NCBI GenBank assembly: GCA_036375165.1
Contig: DASUSI010000178.1
Coordinates: forward strand, 43,086 to 107,085
Direction of reading: 5' to 3'
DNA from: Micromonosporaceae bacterium
Lineage (GTDB): Bacteria; Actinomycetota; Actinomycetes; Mycobacteriales; Micromonosporaceae
DNA length: 64,000 nt
A program made the translations under genes and the position numbers. Position 1 is the first letter of the stretch. Each line of letters begins with the position of its first letter. This document shows positions 1 to 9,838 of this stretch, piece by piece. The notes under the pieces were generated by a model, which was not told where the DNA came from, searched no databases, and saw nothing but the letters and a program-made list of their open reading frames with translations.

Positions 1-91
1 CACCGAGCACACTTTGGGCGGTGCCCACCGAGTCCCCACGGGCAGCCTGGGCGGTGCCCGTTCCGGCGGCGGCACGTCGTAGGGTTGCGAG

Positions 92-850
92 GTGGCAACC
101 GTCCTATTGCTCCGGCACGGTCGTACCCAGGCGAACGCCGACGGGGTGTTGGCCGGGTGGTCTGACGTCGGGTTGGATCCCACCGGGGGTGAGCAGGCCA
201 AGGCGGTCGCAGAACGACTGCGCGGCGTACCGCTGAAGGCGGCCGTGAGCAGCCCCCTCAGACGCTGCCGGCAGACCATCGAGACAGTCACCGAAGGCCG
301 TACGGAACTGACCGTGACGCTGGACGAGCGCATCGGGGAGTGCCGGTACGGGGACTGGCAGGGTAAGCCACTCAAAGAGCTGGCCACCGAGGACCTGTGG
401 CGCGTGGTCCAGCACCACCCGTCGGGCGCCGTGTTCCCGGGGGCCGGCGGGGCCCCGCTCGCGGTGACCTCGGCCCAGGCAGTGGCGGCGATTCGGGAGT
501 TCGACGCGCGTGTCAGCGCCGAGCACGGGCCGGACGCGCTGTGGCTGGCCTGCAGCCACGGCGATGTGATCAAGGCGATCGTCGCCGATGCCCTGGGGCT
601 GCACCTCGACCTGTTCCAGCGGATCGCGGTCGACCCGTGCTCGCTCACGGTGGTCCGCTACACGCCGCTCAGGCCGTTCCTGATCCGGCTCAACGACAGC
701 GGCGGGGACCCGACGAGACTGGCGGGCGGTGCACAGTCCTCCGATGCGGCCGTGGGCGGCGGTGCGGGAGGCCCCGACGGTCATGGCACCGCACCGGCAT
801 CACTCGCCGACGACGCTCCGGCCGTCGCCGACGCAACCACGGACATCTAG
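92..850 (+). CDS. histidine phosphatase family protein (phosphoglycerate-mutase-like putative phosphomutase)
   Basis: N-terminal LLLRHGRTQAN (RHG catalytic motif) and a later CSHGDVIKA second-His motif. First of three tightly packed same-strand genes. Confidence 0.75.
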   Translation: MATVLLLRHGRTQANADGVLAGWSDVGLDPTGGEQAKAVAERLRGVPLKAAVSSPLRRCRQTIETVTEGRTELTVTLDERIGECRYGDWQGKPLKELATEDLWRVVQHHPSGAVFPGAGGAPLAVTSAQAVAAIREFDARVSAEHGPDALWLACSHGDVIKAIVADALGLHLDLFQRIAVDPCSLTVVRYTPLRPFLIRLNDSGGDPTRLAGGAQSSDAAVGGGAGGPDGHGTAPASLADDAPAVADATTDI

Positions 851-860
851 GGTCGATCAC

Positions 861-1412
861 ATGGGGCCACACGTCTACGAATTCGAGCCGCCGGAGCGTT
901 TCGTCGCCGGAACCGTCGGCGAGCCCGGCGACCGCACTTTCTTCCTCCAGGCCCGCGGCAAGGGCCAGACGGTGAGCGTGGTGTTGGAGAAGGTCCAGGT
1001 CGCGATGCTCGCGGACAAACTCGAAGAGCTGCTGATCGAGGCGGCGAACCGGTTCGGTGTCGAATTGCCGAGTGGCGACGAGCTGCCGCAGGACAACGAG
1101 CCGCTGGAGACCCCGGTCGAGGAAGAGTTCCGAGTCGGCACCCTGGGCTTGTCCTGGGACGTGGACTCCGGGACCGTCGTGATCGAGGCGATCGCGGCTC
1201 CGGAAGCAGACCAGGCCGCGCAGGAGGGCGCCGAATCCGATGAGGCGGACCTGGACCGGCTCAGGGTGCGCCTCACCCCCGAGGAGACCCGTGCCTTCAT
1301 TGACCGGGCACGCCGGCTGGTCGCCGCGGGCCGTCCGCCCTGCCCGCTGTGCGGAAACCCGCTCGATCCCTCGGGCCACCTGTGCCCTCGGCACAACGGC
1401 TACCGGCGGTAG
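861..1412 (+). CDS. DUF3090 family protein
   Basis: MGPHVYEFEPPERFVAGTVGEPGDRTFFLQA N-terminus typical of this family. C-terminal CPLCGNPLDPSGHLCPRHNGY zinc-knuckle-like motif. ATG 861 lies 10 nt after the upstream stop and is preferred over track start 729, which overlaps the previous gene. Confidence 0.7.
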   Translation: MGPHVYEFEPPERFVAGTVGEPGDRTFFLQARGKGQTVSVVLEKVQVAMLADKLEELLIEAANRFGVELPSGDELPQDNEPLETPVEEEFRVGTLGLSWDVDSGTVVIEAIAAPEADQAAQEGAESDEADLDRLRVRLTPEETRAFIDRARRLVAAGRPPCPLCGNPLDPSGHLCPRHNGYRR

Positions 1413-1415
1413 CGC

Positions 1416-2249
1416 GTGACCGACTCCGCCGTGCGAGCGCCCGGTGAGCCGGTGGATGAGGACGCCGCCCTCACCTTGCTGCGGCACGGGGAGATGGAGG
1501 TGGAAGGGCTACTCGCGGAGGCGTCGAACGCGACGCTGCGCGCTGTGATCACCCTGGACGGCGTCACCGCCCGGTGTATCTACAAGCCGGTACGCGGGGA
1601 GCGTCCACTGTGGGATTTTCCGGACGGCACGCTGGCCGACCGAGAGTCGGCGGCCTACCTGGTCTCGGTGGCGGGCGGGTGGAACGTGGTCCCGCCCACC
1701 GTGTTGCGGGAGGGTCCACTCGGTCCTGGTGCCTGTCAGCTGTGGATCGACGACGCCTACGCCGAGGATGCCGGGCAACTGGTGGGGTTCGTGCCCGCGG
1801 ACGCGGTGCCCAACGGCTGGCGGCCGATCACCGACGCCCGTGGTCCGGACGGTCGGCGTTACATGCTGGCCCATGCTGACGACCCACGGCTGGCGGCGAT
1901 CGCGGTGTTCGATGTCGTGGTCAACAACGCTGACCGTAAGGGCGGCCACGTGCTCTGTACCCCGTCCGGCCGGGTGTACGGCGTGGACCACGGGGTCTGC
2001 TTCCACTCAGAGGACAAGCTTCGCACGGTGCTGTGGGGTTGGGCGGAACAGCCGCTGGACGAGTCGGCAGGTGAGTCGTTGCGGCGACTTGCCACTGCGC
2101 TCGACGGTGAGTTGGGCCAGGTACTCGGTGAGCATCTCACCGGGTCCGAGATCACGGCGCTGTCCGACCGGATACACCGGCTGCTCGAAGAACCCCGGTA
2201 TCCGGTGCCTGGATCCGGCTGGCATCCGCTGCCGTGGCCGCCGATGTGA
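1416..2249 (+). CDS. SCO1664 family protein (PI3/PI4-kinase-like fold)
   Basis: VVNNADRKGGHVL catalytic-loop-like and YGVDHGVCF DFG-like motifs. 3-nt gap to the DUF3090 gene. Confidence 0.7.
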   Translation: MTDSAVRAPGEPVDEDAALTLLRHGEMEVEGLLAEASNATLRAVITLDGVTARCIYKPVRGERPLWDFPDGTLADRESAAYLVSVAGGWNVVPPTVLREGPLGPGACQLWIDDAYAEDAGQLVGFVPADAVPNGWRPITDARGPDGRRYMLAHADDPRLAAIAVFDVVVNNADRKGGHVLCTPSGRVYGVDHGVCFHSEDKLRTVLWGWAEQPLDESAGESLRRLATALDGELGQVLGEHLTGSEITALSDRIHRLLEEPRYPVPGSGWHPLPWPPM

Positions 2250-2262
2250 CCATGCCGGCACC

Positions 2263-2562
2263 TCACACGTACCGGGGGCCTTCCCGGCTGGGTGTCAGTA
2301 TCGGACGCCTGCCGTCCTGGAGTGAGACCCGCAGATAGGTCAGTTCGGTCAGGTGAAGAGTCACCTCCTCGGCCGCCCCTTGGTCCGGGAGCAGCACTTC
2401 GATGCGGCACAACGGCCCGCAGGCGACCGCGACCGAACCGGCCAGGCTGGTTTCCCGGTCGGTGGTGACGTTCACCGCCTCCAGAACGGTGTCACCGTCC
2501 ACGGTGATCACAACGCGGTGCCCCGAAAAGCCGCTCTCCAATACGACGACGACGGTGGCCAT
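2263..2562 (-). CDS. hypothetical small protein (about 99 aa)
   Basis: Open frame with G/C-ending codons. Internal ATG at 2562 ([11 protein letters not shown]...) is preferred over track start 2649, which would leave only 23 nt to the divergent mshC. No recognisable motif and a weak RBS. Confidence 0.4.
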   Translation of the reverse strand: MATVVVVLESGFSGHRVVITVDGDTVLEAVNVTTDRETSLAGSVAVACGPLCRIEVLLPDQGAAEEVTLHLTELTYLRVSLQDGRRPILTPSREGPRYV

Positions 2563-2672
2563 GCTGGCTTCGTACCGTCCACCCGGTCGGGTTACGCCGT
2601 CGTGTCGGCCACGCGACAGCGTCCGCGCGGTCGCTGGAGTTCGCCGCACGCCGCCTGGATACGCTGGCGTTC

Positions 2673-3941
2673 ATGGACTCCTGGCTGCCGACCGCGATTC
2701 CGCGACTTCCCGGCGAACCGGTACCCCTGAGGCTGTACGACACCGCGGGGCGTCAGGTGCGTCCGGTGGAGCCCGCCGCGGGCGAGCCGGCGAAGATGTA
2801 CGTCTGCGGCATCACGCCGTATGACGCGACCCACCTCGGCCATGCCGCGACGATGATCACCTTCGACCTGGTCTACCGGATCTGGGCGGACACCGGGCAC
2901 CAGGTGCGGTACGTGCAGAACGTCACCGACGTGGACGACCCGTTGCTGGAGCGGGCAGAGCGGGACGGCGAGGACTGGGTGGTGCTCGGAATGCGGGAGA
3001 CCGCGCTGTTCCGGGAAGACATGGAGAAGCTGCGGGTGTTGCCGCCGCACCACTACGTGGGAGCGGTGGAATCGATACCGGACATCGCGCATCAGATCGA
3101 GCGGTTGTTGGATCTTGGTGCGGCATACCGGATGCCGGACGGTACGGGCGACGTGTACTTCGAAATCACGGCGTCGCCGCGATTTGGATACGAGTCCGGG
3201 TACGACCGCGACGAGATGCTCCGGCTGGCCGCCGAGCGCGGCGGTGACCCGGAGCGGGCCGGAAAGCGGGATCCGCTCGACCCGTTGCTGTGGCGGGGCG
3301 CCCGGCCCGGGGAGCCGGCTTGGCCGTCGTCGTTGGGTCCGGGTCGGCCGGGATGGCACATCGAGTGCGCGTCGATCGCGCTGCGGCTGCTCGGTGAGCG
3401 GGTCGACGTCCAGGGTGGGGGCAATGACCTGATCTTCCCGCACCATGAGTGCTCGGCCGCCCACGCCGAGGTGCTGACCGGGCGCTGGCCGTTTGCCCAG
3501 GCCTACGTCCATGCCGGAATGGTCGGTCTGGACGGCGAGAAGATGTCGAAGAGCAAAGGAAACCTGGTCTTCGTCTCCCGGCTGCGCGGCGACCAGCACG
3601 GGGAGCGGGTCGACGCGATGGCAATCCGGCTTGCGCTGGTCTCCGACCATTACCGGGCGGACCGGGACTGGACGGACGACGTGTTGAAGGCCGCACAGCA
3701 ACGGCTGGTGCGCTGGCGCCTGGCTGTTGAGCGATCCTCCGGTCCGCCGGCCGGCCCCGTGGTACACCGGCTCCGGGAGCGGCTCGCCGACGACCTCGAC
3801 GCCCCAGGCGCGCTGTCGGTCGTCGACGAATGGGTGGCGGCGGCTGTGTCCGGACAGGGCGACGACCCGGCGGCTCCCGGGATGGTCGCCGACGCGGTGG
3901 ACGCACTGCTCGGTGTGGAGCTGCGGTCAGGCCAGAGTTAG
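2673..3941 (+). CDS. mshC: cysteine:1D-myo-inosityl 2-amino-2-deoxy-alpha-D-glucopyranoside ligase (mycothiol ligase)
   Basis: [14 protein letters not shown]...[15 protein letters not shown]-terminus. Class-I synthetase signatures [14 protein letters not shown] (HIGH-like) and KMSKSKGN (KMSKS). Length 422 aa, as for mycobacterial MshC. Confidence 0.9.
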   Translation: MDSWLPTAIPRLPGEPVPLRLYDTAGRQVRPVEPAAGEPAKMYVCGITPYDATHLGHAATMITFDLVYRIWADTGHQVRYVQNVTDVDDPLLERAERDGEDWVVLGMRETALFREDMEKLRVLPPHHYVGAVESIPDIAHQIERLLDLGAAYRMPDGTGDVYFEITASPRFGYESGYDRDEMLRLAAERGGDPERAGKRDPLDPLLWRGARPGEPAWPSSLGPGRPGWHIECASIALRLLGERVDVQGGGNDLIFPHHECSAAHAEVLTGRWPFAQAYVHAGMVGLDGEKMSKSKGNLVFVSRLRGDQHGERVDAMAIRLALVSDHYRADRDWTDDVLKAAQQRLVRWRLAVERSSGPPAGPVVHRLRERLADDLDAPGALSVVDEWVAAAVSGQGDDPAAPGMVADAVDALLGVELRSGQS

Positions 3942-4739
3942 GTCACCTCCCGGCTCGGGCAACGTCAGGCCCGGATGCTGGCCCGGCGTAACCCCGGGGA
4001 CCTGGTACTCGTCGATCAGTGTCGACGTGGGACCGGGCCAGCACGCCTGACTGACCTCGATCACCTCGCCAGCGGTGTCCCTGGCGCGGTGCAGCAGTAC
4101 CAGGACCGGCGTGTCCCGGCGGATCCGTAGCAGTTGTGCCTCCTCGGCGCTGGCCAGCCGGGCGGTGATCTGATCTGTCGCCGCGCCGTACCGCCTTTCG
4201 GTCGCCTCCTCGACGACCTGGTACAGCGGCCGGTCCAACGGCTCCGGCCGGGCGAGTTCGGTCTCGGTGAGGTGGTGCGGGACCAGCCAGCTGGCACCCA
4301 GCTCGACCGGTTGTTCCCGGTCTACCAGCAGGTGGCGACGCACCAGCAGGGTGCTCTCCGGAGAGATCCCGAAAGCGCGCGCGACCTCGGACGGTGGCCG
4401 GTCGGTACCGGCGAAGTAGACCCGGACCCGGTAACGGGTCGGTAGCGCGGCGTGGTACCCCCGGACGGGACCGTAGCGGCCACGGGACAGCCGGGACAGC
4501 CGGCGCCGACTGCCACGGACGTATGTGCCCGAACCCGGTTTGGTGAGCAGCGTTCCTTCCAACCGGAGTTGGTCGATGGCGCGCTGCACGGTCTGCTTCG
4601 CGACGCCGTACCGCTCGGTGAGCGCCGGAATGGACGGCAGCCGGTCTCCGGGTTGGTAATGGCCGGCGGCGATCTGTTCCCGTAGTTGTGTGGCGATCTG
4701 CTGGTGAGGTGGCATCGGCGAGCCTGGATTGATCGTCAT
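3927..4739 (-). CDS. GntR family transcriptional regulator (HutC-type, UTRA effector domain)
   Basis: N-terminal winged HTH: [61 protein letters not shown]. About 180 aa C-terminal domain. 3' end overlaps the mshC 3' end by 15 nt (convergent). Confidence 0.85.
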   Translation of the reverse strand: MTINPGSPMPPHQQIATQLREQIAAGHYQPGDRLPSIPALTERYGVAKQTVQRAIDQLRLEGTLLTKPGSGTYVRGSRRRLSRLSRGRYGPVRGYHAALPTRYRVRVYFAGTDRPPSEVARAFGISPESTLLVRRHLLVDREQPVELGASWLVPHHLTETELARPEPLDRPLYQVVEEATERRYGAATDQITARLASAEEAQLLRIRRDTPVLVLLHRARDTAGEVIEVSQACWPGPTSTLIDEYQVPGVTPGQHPGLTLPEPGGDLTLA

Positions 4740-4764
4740 CGGATGATCCTTTCTTTATACCTAG

Positions 4765-4776
4765 CATCCTAGGATG
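4765..4776. promoter_or_regulatory. perfect 12-bp palindrome CATCCTAGGATG, candidate GntR/HutC autoregulatory operator
   Basis: Lies 26 nt upstream of the GntR start codon in an AT-richer intergenic stretch. A related half-palindrome GGATGATCC sits at 4741-4749. Confidence 0.4.
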
Positions 4777-4878
4777 AAATGCGTGCCGTAATCCACCTCA
4801 CACGTCAACCACACGCCACAACACCAGTGAAATAGCCGCAACCCTTGTCAGATCGCTAGGAAGAAGCGCCGAACCAGC

Positions 4879-5826
4879 TCAGGGCGTGGCAGGACCGCCT
4901 GCGGTGGGCCCGCCACCGCGACGACGGAGGTATTTTTCGAATTCCCGGGCGATGTCCTCACCGGTGAGCGGTTCAACCCCGACGTCGTCGGCACGTTGTT
5001 CCAGTGCCCGTACGTACTCGGCAATGTCCGCGTCCTGTTTGGTCAGGCCGTCCACCCGTTCCTGCCATTCGGCGGCCTCCTCGGTGAGGTCACCCATCGG
5101 CACGGGGAGGTCCAACGCGTCCTCCACCCGGTGCAGCAGCGAGAGGGTCGCCTTAGGACACGGTGGCTCCGACACGTAGTGCGGTACATGCGCCCAGAAC
5201 GAGATCACCGGAAGTTCAGCCCGACTCGCCGCATCGTGCAGCACCCCCACGATGCCGGTCGGACCCTCATACCGGGTCTGGGCCAGACCCAGCCGGTCGC
5301 TCAGTGAGTCGTCGGACGAACTGCCCGAGACCGGCAGTGGCCGGGTGTACGGCACGTCGGCCAGCAGAGCGCCCAGCAGCACCAGTCGATCCACCGCGAG
5401 GCTGTGGCAGACCTCGAGAACGTCCTCACAGAAGGCACGCCACCGGACGTTCGGCTCGATGCCACGAATCAGAACCACGTCACGTTCGGTGCCGGCCGGA
5501 CGGCAGACCGAGAACCGAGTGGTCGGCCAGTCAATCCGCCGGCCGTTTCCTTCCAACATGGAGATCGTCGGCCTGGTGACCTGGAAGTCGTAGTACTCGT
5601 CGGCGTCCAACTCCGCGGCCGGGCGCGCCCGCCAAACCTCCTCAAGATGCTCGACCGCCGCCGTCGCGGCGTCGGCCGCGTCGTTCCAGCCCTCAAAGGC
5701 AGCCACCGCCACGGGGTCGGTCAGCACCGGCAGGCCGTCGAACTCACTCACCGGGACAGCGTACGTCGCCCAGCGGTCAGGCGTGCGGCGGAGCCGCGGC
5801 CGGGGATCTTGCCTTCTGGCTTTCAC
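4879..5826 (-). CDS. PAC2 (proteasome assembly chaperone 2-like) family protein
   Basis: LTDPVAVAAFEGWNDAADAATAAVEHL motif typical of actinobacterial PAC2 proteins. Start uncertain: GTG 5826, or GTG 5751 giving 290 aa. Confidence 0.75.
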   Translation of the reverse strand: MKARRQDPRPRLRRTPDRWATYAVPVSEFDGLPVLTDPVAVAAFEGWNDAADAATAAVEHLEEVWRARPAAELDADEYYDFQVTRPTISMLEGNGRRIDWPTTRFSVCRPAGTERDVVLIRGIEPNVRWRAFCEDVLEVCHSLAVDRLVLLGALLADVPYTRPLPVSGSSSDDSLSDRLGLAQTRYEGPTGIVGVLHDAASRAELPVISFWAHVPHYVSEPPCPKATLSLLHRVEDALDLPVPMGDLTEEAAEWQERVDGLTKQDADIAEYVRALEQRADDVGVEPLTGEDIAREFEKYLRRRGGGPTAGGPATP

Positions 5827-5883
5827 CCTGTGGTCGGACTCCCGGCTGTCTCGGGTGGTGTCACCGTACCCGGATAGCCTGAA

Positions 5884-8800
5884 GTGGTGACGAAACCGCA
5901 GTCATTGACCGAAGCCCTGACCGAACGCGTGCTGATCGCCGACGGGGCGATGGGCACCATGATCCAGGCGGCAGACCTCAGCCTCGACGATTTCGATGGC
6001 CATGAGGGGTGCAACGAGGTGCTCAACGTGACCCGCCCGGAGGTGGTCCGGGACATTCACGAGGAGTACCTGCGGGCCGGGTGTGACTGTGTGGAAACAA
6101 ACACGTTCGGCGCCAACCTGGGCAATCTTGGTGAGTACGGGATTACCGACCGGATCTACGAACTGTCCGAGGCCGGTGCCAGGATCGCCCGAGAGGCGGC
6201 GGACGCGTGGTCCACGCCGGAACACCCCCGGTACGTGCTCGGCTCCATCGGGCCCGGCACGAAGCTGCCCACCTTGGGACACGTGCCGTTCGTGGTACTG
6301 CGCGACGCGTACCAGGAGAACGCTCAAGGGCTGATCGACGGTGGTGTGGACGGACTGCTGGTGGAGACCTGCCAGGATCTGCTGCAGGCCAAGGCTGCGG
6401 TGATCGGTGCCAAGCGTGCCATGGCGGCGGCCGACCGCCGGATCCCGTTGATCTGTCACGTCACCGTGGAGACCACTGGATCCATGCTGCTGGGCAGCGA
6501 GATCGGGGCCGCGCTGACCGCGTTGCAGCCGTTGGACATCGACCTGATCGGACTGAACTGCGCCACCGGGCCGGCTGAGATGACCGAGCATCTGCGGTAC
6601 CTGTCGCAGCATGCCCGGGTGGACATCTCGGTGATGCCCAACGCGGGGTTGCCGGAACTGACCCCCGACGGAGCCCGTTACCCCCTCACCCCGCAAGAGT
6701 TGGCCGACGCGTTGCACGAATTCGTCACCGGCTACGGCGCCCGGCTGGTCGGCGGCTGCTGCGGGAGTACTCCGGATCACATCCGCGCGGTGGTGAGCCG
6801 GCTCGACGGCGTGGTCCCGACGGTACGTGAGCTGGTGCACGATCCGGGAGTCGCGTCGCTGTACCACCACGTGCCCTTCGCCCAGGACGCCAGCGTGCTG
6901 ATGGTGGGGGAGCGTACGAACGCCAACGGCTCCAAGGCGTTCCGGGAGGCGATGCTGGCAGGCGACTGGCAGGCGTGCGTGGAGATCGCACGGGAGCAGA
7001 CTCGTTCCGGCTCTCACGTCCTGGATCTGTGCGTGGACTACGTCGGCCGGGACGGGGTCGGGGACATGCGGGAACTGGCGGGTCGGTTCGCCACGGCGAG
7101 CACGTTGCCGATCATGTTGGACTCCACCGAGGCCGCAGTGGTCGAGGCCGGACTGGAGATGCTGGGTGGCCGGTGCATCGTCAACTCGGTCAACTACGAG
7201 GACGGTGACGGCCCTGATTCCCGGTACGCCAAGGTACTGCCGTTGATCCGGGAGCACGGGGCGGCGGTGGTGGCGTTGACCATCGACGAGGAGGGGCAGG
7301 CCCGAACCAGTGACTGGAAGGTCCGGGTCGCCAGCCGGTTGATCGACGACCTGACCGGCAGGGGTGTGGAGTTGTCGGACATCCTGGTGGACTGCCTGAC
7401 GTTCCCGATCTCGACGGGCCAGGAGGAAACCCGCCGGGACGCCTTGGAGACCATCGAGGCGATCCGGGAGATCTCCCGGCGCTACCCGGGGGTGAATTTC
7501 ACGCTCGGGGTCTCGAACGTGTCGTTCGGGCTGAATCCAGCAGCCCGTCAGGTGCTGAACTCGGTGTTCTTGCACGAGTGCCAGCAGGCCGGCCTCACCT
7601 CGGCGATTGTGCACGCCAGCAAAATCCTGCCGATGTCGAAGATCCCTGAGGAGCAGCGCGGGGTGGCGCTGGACCTGGTGTACGACCGGCGGCGCGAGCT
7701 GGAAGACGGCACTGTCTATGACCCACTCCAGCGGTTCATCGAGTTGTTCGAGGGGGTGGACGCGGCGTCGGCGCGGGCGAGCCGGGCGGAAGAGTTGGCG
7801 GCGCTGCCGCTGGAGGAGCGGCTCAAGCGCCGGATCATCGACGGGGAGCGAAACGGCCTGGAGGCCGACCTCGACGAGGCTCTGTCAGGACGGTCCGCTC
7901 TGGACATCATCAACGAGCTGTTGTTGGACGGCATGAAGGTGGTCGGGGAACTGTTCGGTTCAGGTCAGATGCAGCTGCCGTTCGTGCTGCAGTCCGCTGA
8001 GGTGATGAAGACCGCGGTGGCGTATCTGGAGCCACACATGGAGAAGACCGACGACGGCGGTAAGGGCACGATCGTGCTGGCCACCGTGAAGGGGGACGTG
8101 CACGACATCGGTAAGAACCTGGTCGATATCATCCTGTCGAACAATGGCTACACCGTGGTGAATCTGGGGATCAAGCAGCCGATCACGGCGATCGTGGATG
8201 CCGCGGAGGAGCATCGTGCGGATGCCATCGGGATGTCCGGTCTGCTGGTGAAGAGCACGGTGATCATGAAGGAGAACCTGCAGGAGCTGAACCAGCGTGG
8301 GCTTTCCGAGCGGTGGCCGGTGCTGCTGGGTGGGGCGGCGCTTACCCGGGCGTATGTGGAGGATGACCTGCGCGGGCTGTATACGGGGGAGGTCCACTAC
8401 GCGCGGGACGCGTTCGAGGGTCTTTCCCTGATGGATCGGGTGATGGCGGCTCGGCGCGGTGGTGTGGTCGTGGTGGACGAGGAGCGGGAACACAAGCTGG
8501 CGGAGCGTCGTGCCCGGCGGGAGCGTCATCAGGCGCAGCGGGTTGAGGCCGGACTGCCGGATGTGGACGATGACTCGGTGCGGTCGGATGTGGCGGCCGA
8601 TGTTGCGGTGCCGAGGCCGCCGTTTTTCGGGACCCGGGTTGTGAAGGGGGTCCCGGTGGCTGATTACGCGGCGATGCTGGACGAGCGGGCCACGTTCCTG
8701 GGCCAGTGGGGGTTGCGGGGGTCCCGGGGTGGCCGGGGGCCTTCGTATGAGGAGCTCGTGGAGACGGAGGGGCGGCCCAGGCTGCGGTACTGGCTGGAGC

Positions 8801-9420
8801 GGCTGGTGTCGGAGAAGCTGATCGAGGCGGCGGTGGTGTACGGGTACTTCCCGTGCTACTCCGAGGGCAACACGCTGGTGGTGCTGGACGAGAACGGGAA
8901 TTCGGAGCGGGCCCGGTTCACGTTTCCGCGGCAGCGGCGGGACCGCCGGTTGTGCATCGCGGATTATTTCCGGCCCAGGGAGTCCGGTGAGCTGGATGTT
9001 GTGGCGTTTCAGTTGGTGACTGTCGGTTCTGCGATCGGTGACTACGCCAGCAAGTTGTTCGCCTCAGACGCGTACCGGGACTATCTGGAGGTGCACGGGC
9101 TGTCGGTGCAGTTGGCTGAGGCCCTCGCCGAGTACTGGCACCAGCGGGTGCGTTCGGAGTTGATATTCGCGGATGGTGTCTCGTTGGCGGCGTCGGATCC
9201 GGCGTTGGAGGGGATCCTGAACGTGGAGTACCGGGGTTGCCGGTACTCGCTCGGCTACGGGGCGTGTCCGGAGTTGGAGGATCGCGCGAAGATCGCAGAG
9301 CTGCTGCGCCCCGATCGGATCGGTGTGGAGCTGTCGGAGGAGTACCAGTTGGTGCCGGAGCAGTCCACTGATGCGATCGTGGTGCATCATCCGGAGGCGA
9401 CGTATTTCAACGCCCGGTGA
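5884..9420 (+). CDS. metH: cobalamin-dependent methionine synthase
   Basis: 1,178 aa with the full domain order. Hcy-binding region (ADGAMGTMIQ, GGCCGSTP), pterin-binding region, B12-binding DxHxxG (GDVHDIGKN) and C-terminal AdoMet activation domain. Confidence 0.95.
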   Translation: MVTKPQSLTEALTERVLIADGAMGTMIQAADLSLDDFDGHEGCNEVLNVTRPEVVRDIHEEYLRAGCDCVETNTFGANLGNLGEYGITDRIYELSEAGARIAREAADAWSTPEHPRYVLGSIGPGTKLPTLGHVPFVVLRDAYQENAQGLIDGGVDGLLVETCQDLLQAKAAVIGAKRAMAAADRRIPLICHVTVETTGSMLLGSEIGAALTALQPLDIDLIGLNCATGPAEMTEHLRYLSQHARVDISVMPNAGLPELTPDGARYPLTPQELADALHEFVTGYGARLVGGCCGSTPDHIRAVVSRLDGVVPTVRELVHDPGVASLYHHVPFAQDASVLMVGERTNANGSKAFREAMLAGDWQACVEIAREQTRSGSHVLDLCVDYVGRDGVGDMRELAGRFATASTLPIMLDSTEAAVVEAGLEMLGGRCIVNSVNYEDGDGPDSRYAKVLPLIREHGAAVVALTIDEEGQARTSDWKVRVASRLIDDLTGRGVELSDILVDCLTFPISTGQEETRRDALETIEAIREISRRYPGVNFTLGVSNVSFGLNPAARQVLNSVFLHECQQAGLTSAIVHASKILPMSKIPEEQRGVALDLVYDRRRELEDGTVYDPLQRFIELFEGVDAASARASRAEELAALPLEERLKRRIIDGERNGLEADLDEALSGRSALDIINELLLDGMKVVGELFGSGQMQLPFVLQSAEVMKTAVAYLEPHMEKTDDGGKGTIVLATVKGDVHDIGKNLVDIILSNNGYTVVNLGIKQPITAIVDAAEEHRADAIGMSGLLVKSTVIMKENLQELNQRGLSERWPVLLGGAALTRAYVEDDLRGLYTGEVHYARDAFEGLSLMDRVMAARRGGVVVVDEEREHKLAERRARRERHQAQRVEAGLPDVDDDSVRSDVAADVAVPRPPFFGTRVVKGVPVADYAAMLDERATFLGQWGLRGSRGGRGPSYEELVETEGRPRLRYWLERLVSEKLIEAAVVYGYFPCYSEGNTLVVLDENGNSERARFTFPRQRRDRRLCIADYFRPRESGELDVVAFQLVTVGSAIGDYASKLFASDAYRDYLEVHGLSVQLAEALAEYWHQRVRSELIFADGVSLAASDPALEGILNVEYRGCRYSLGYGACPELEDRAKIAELLRPDRIGVELSEEYQLVPEQSTDAIVVHHPEATYFNAR

Positions 9421-9431
9421 CTCGCTCGGGG

Positions 9432-9755
9432 TCAGCCGCCGACGACCTCCTTGACGTCCTCCAGCACCGTGATGGTGACGATGACGTTGAGCGGGGAGTT
9501 GAAGTCGGCATGGAGGTGGAACTCGACACCGCCCATTCCGCCGCCTTCGTCTCCGTGCACGCCGACATTGGTCACGTGGACGTTCGCTTCTCCCAGGTGT
9601 GGTCGTCCTTCCAGGATTCCGAAGACTCCGCCGGAGGGCCGCCATTCGGCGGCCGTGATGATGACGGGGGATTCCTTCTTGATCGGGGCCCAGTTGAAGT
9701 TCCTGCGGACCCTGCCTTGTACGTTCTGATAGACGACTCGGATTGATTCGGCCAT
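9432..9755 (-). CDS. hypothetical beta-rich small protein ending in Gly-Gly
   Basis: 107 codons. AGGGAG lies 8 nt upstream of ATG 9755. G/C-ending codons. No motif recognised. C-terminus is ...LEDVKEVVGG-stop. Confidence 0.45.
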   Translation of the reverse strand: MAESIRVVYQNVQGRVRRNFNWAPIKKESPVIITAAEWRPSGGVFGILEGRPHLGEANVHVTNVGVHGDEGGGMGGVEFHLHADFNSPLNVIVTITVLEDVKEVVGG

Positions 9756-9838
9756 GCGATTTCTCCCTTGTCACGTGGTGGTGTGTGGGACGGGGACTCG
9801 CCGTCCAATCTGACACGGGCGTGAGGTCACAGTAACTT

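Noticed and set aside
3927-3941. 15-nt convergent overlap of the mshC and GntR gene 3' ends
   Set aside because: Both stops are fixed by the sequence and both proteins are full length. This is a geometric curiosity rather than a functional signal I can support.
5902-7614. 570-aa minus-strand ORF inside metH
   Set aside because: Antisense to an unmistakable metH. Arg/His/Pro/Gln-rich low-complexity translation typical of the reverse frame in GC-rich DNA.
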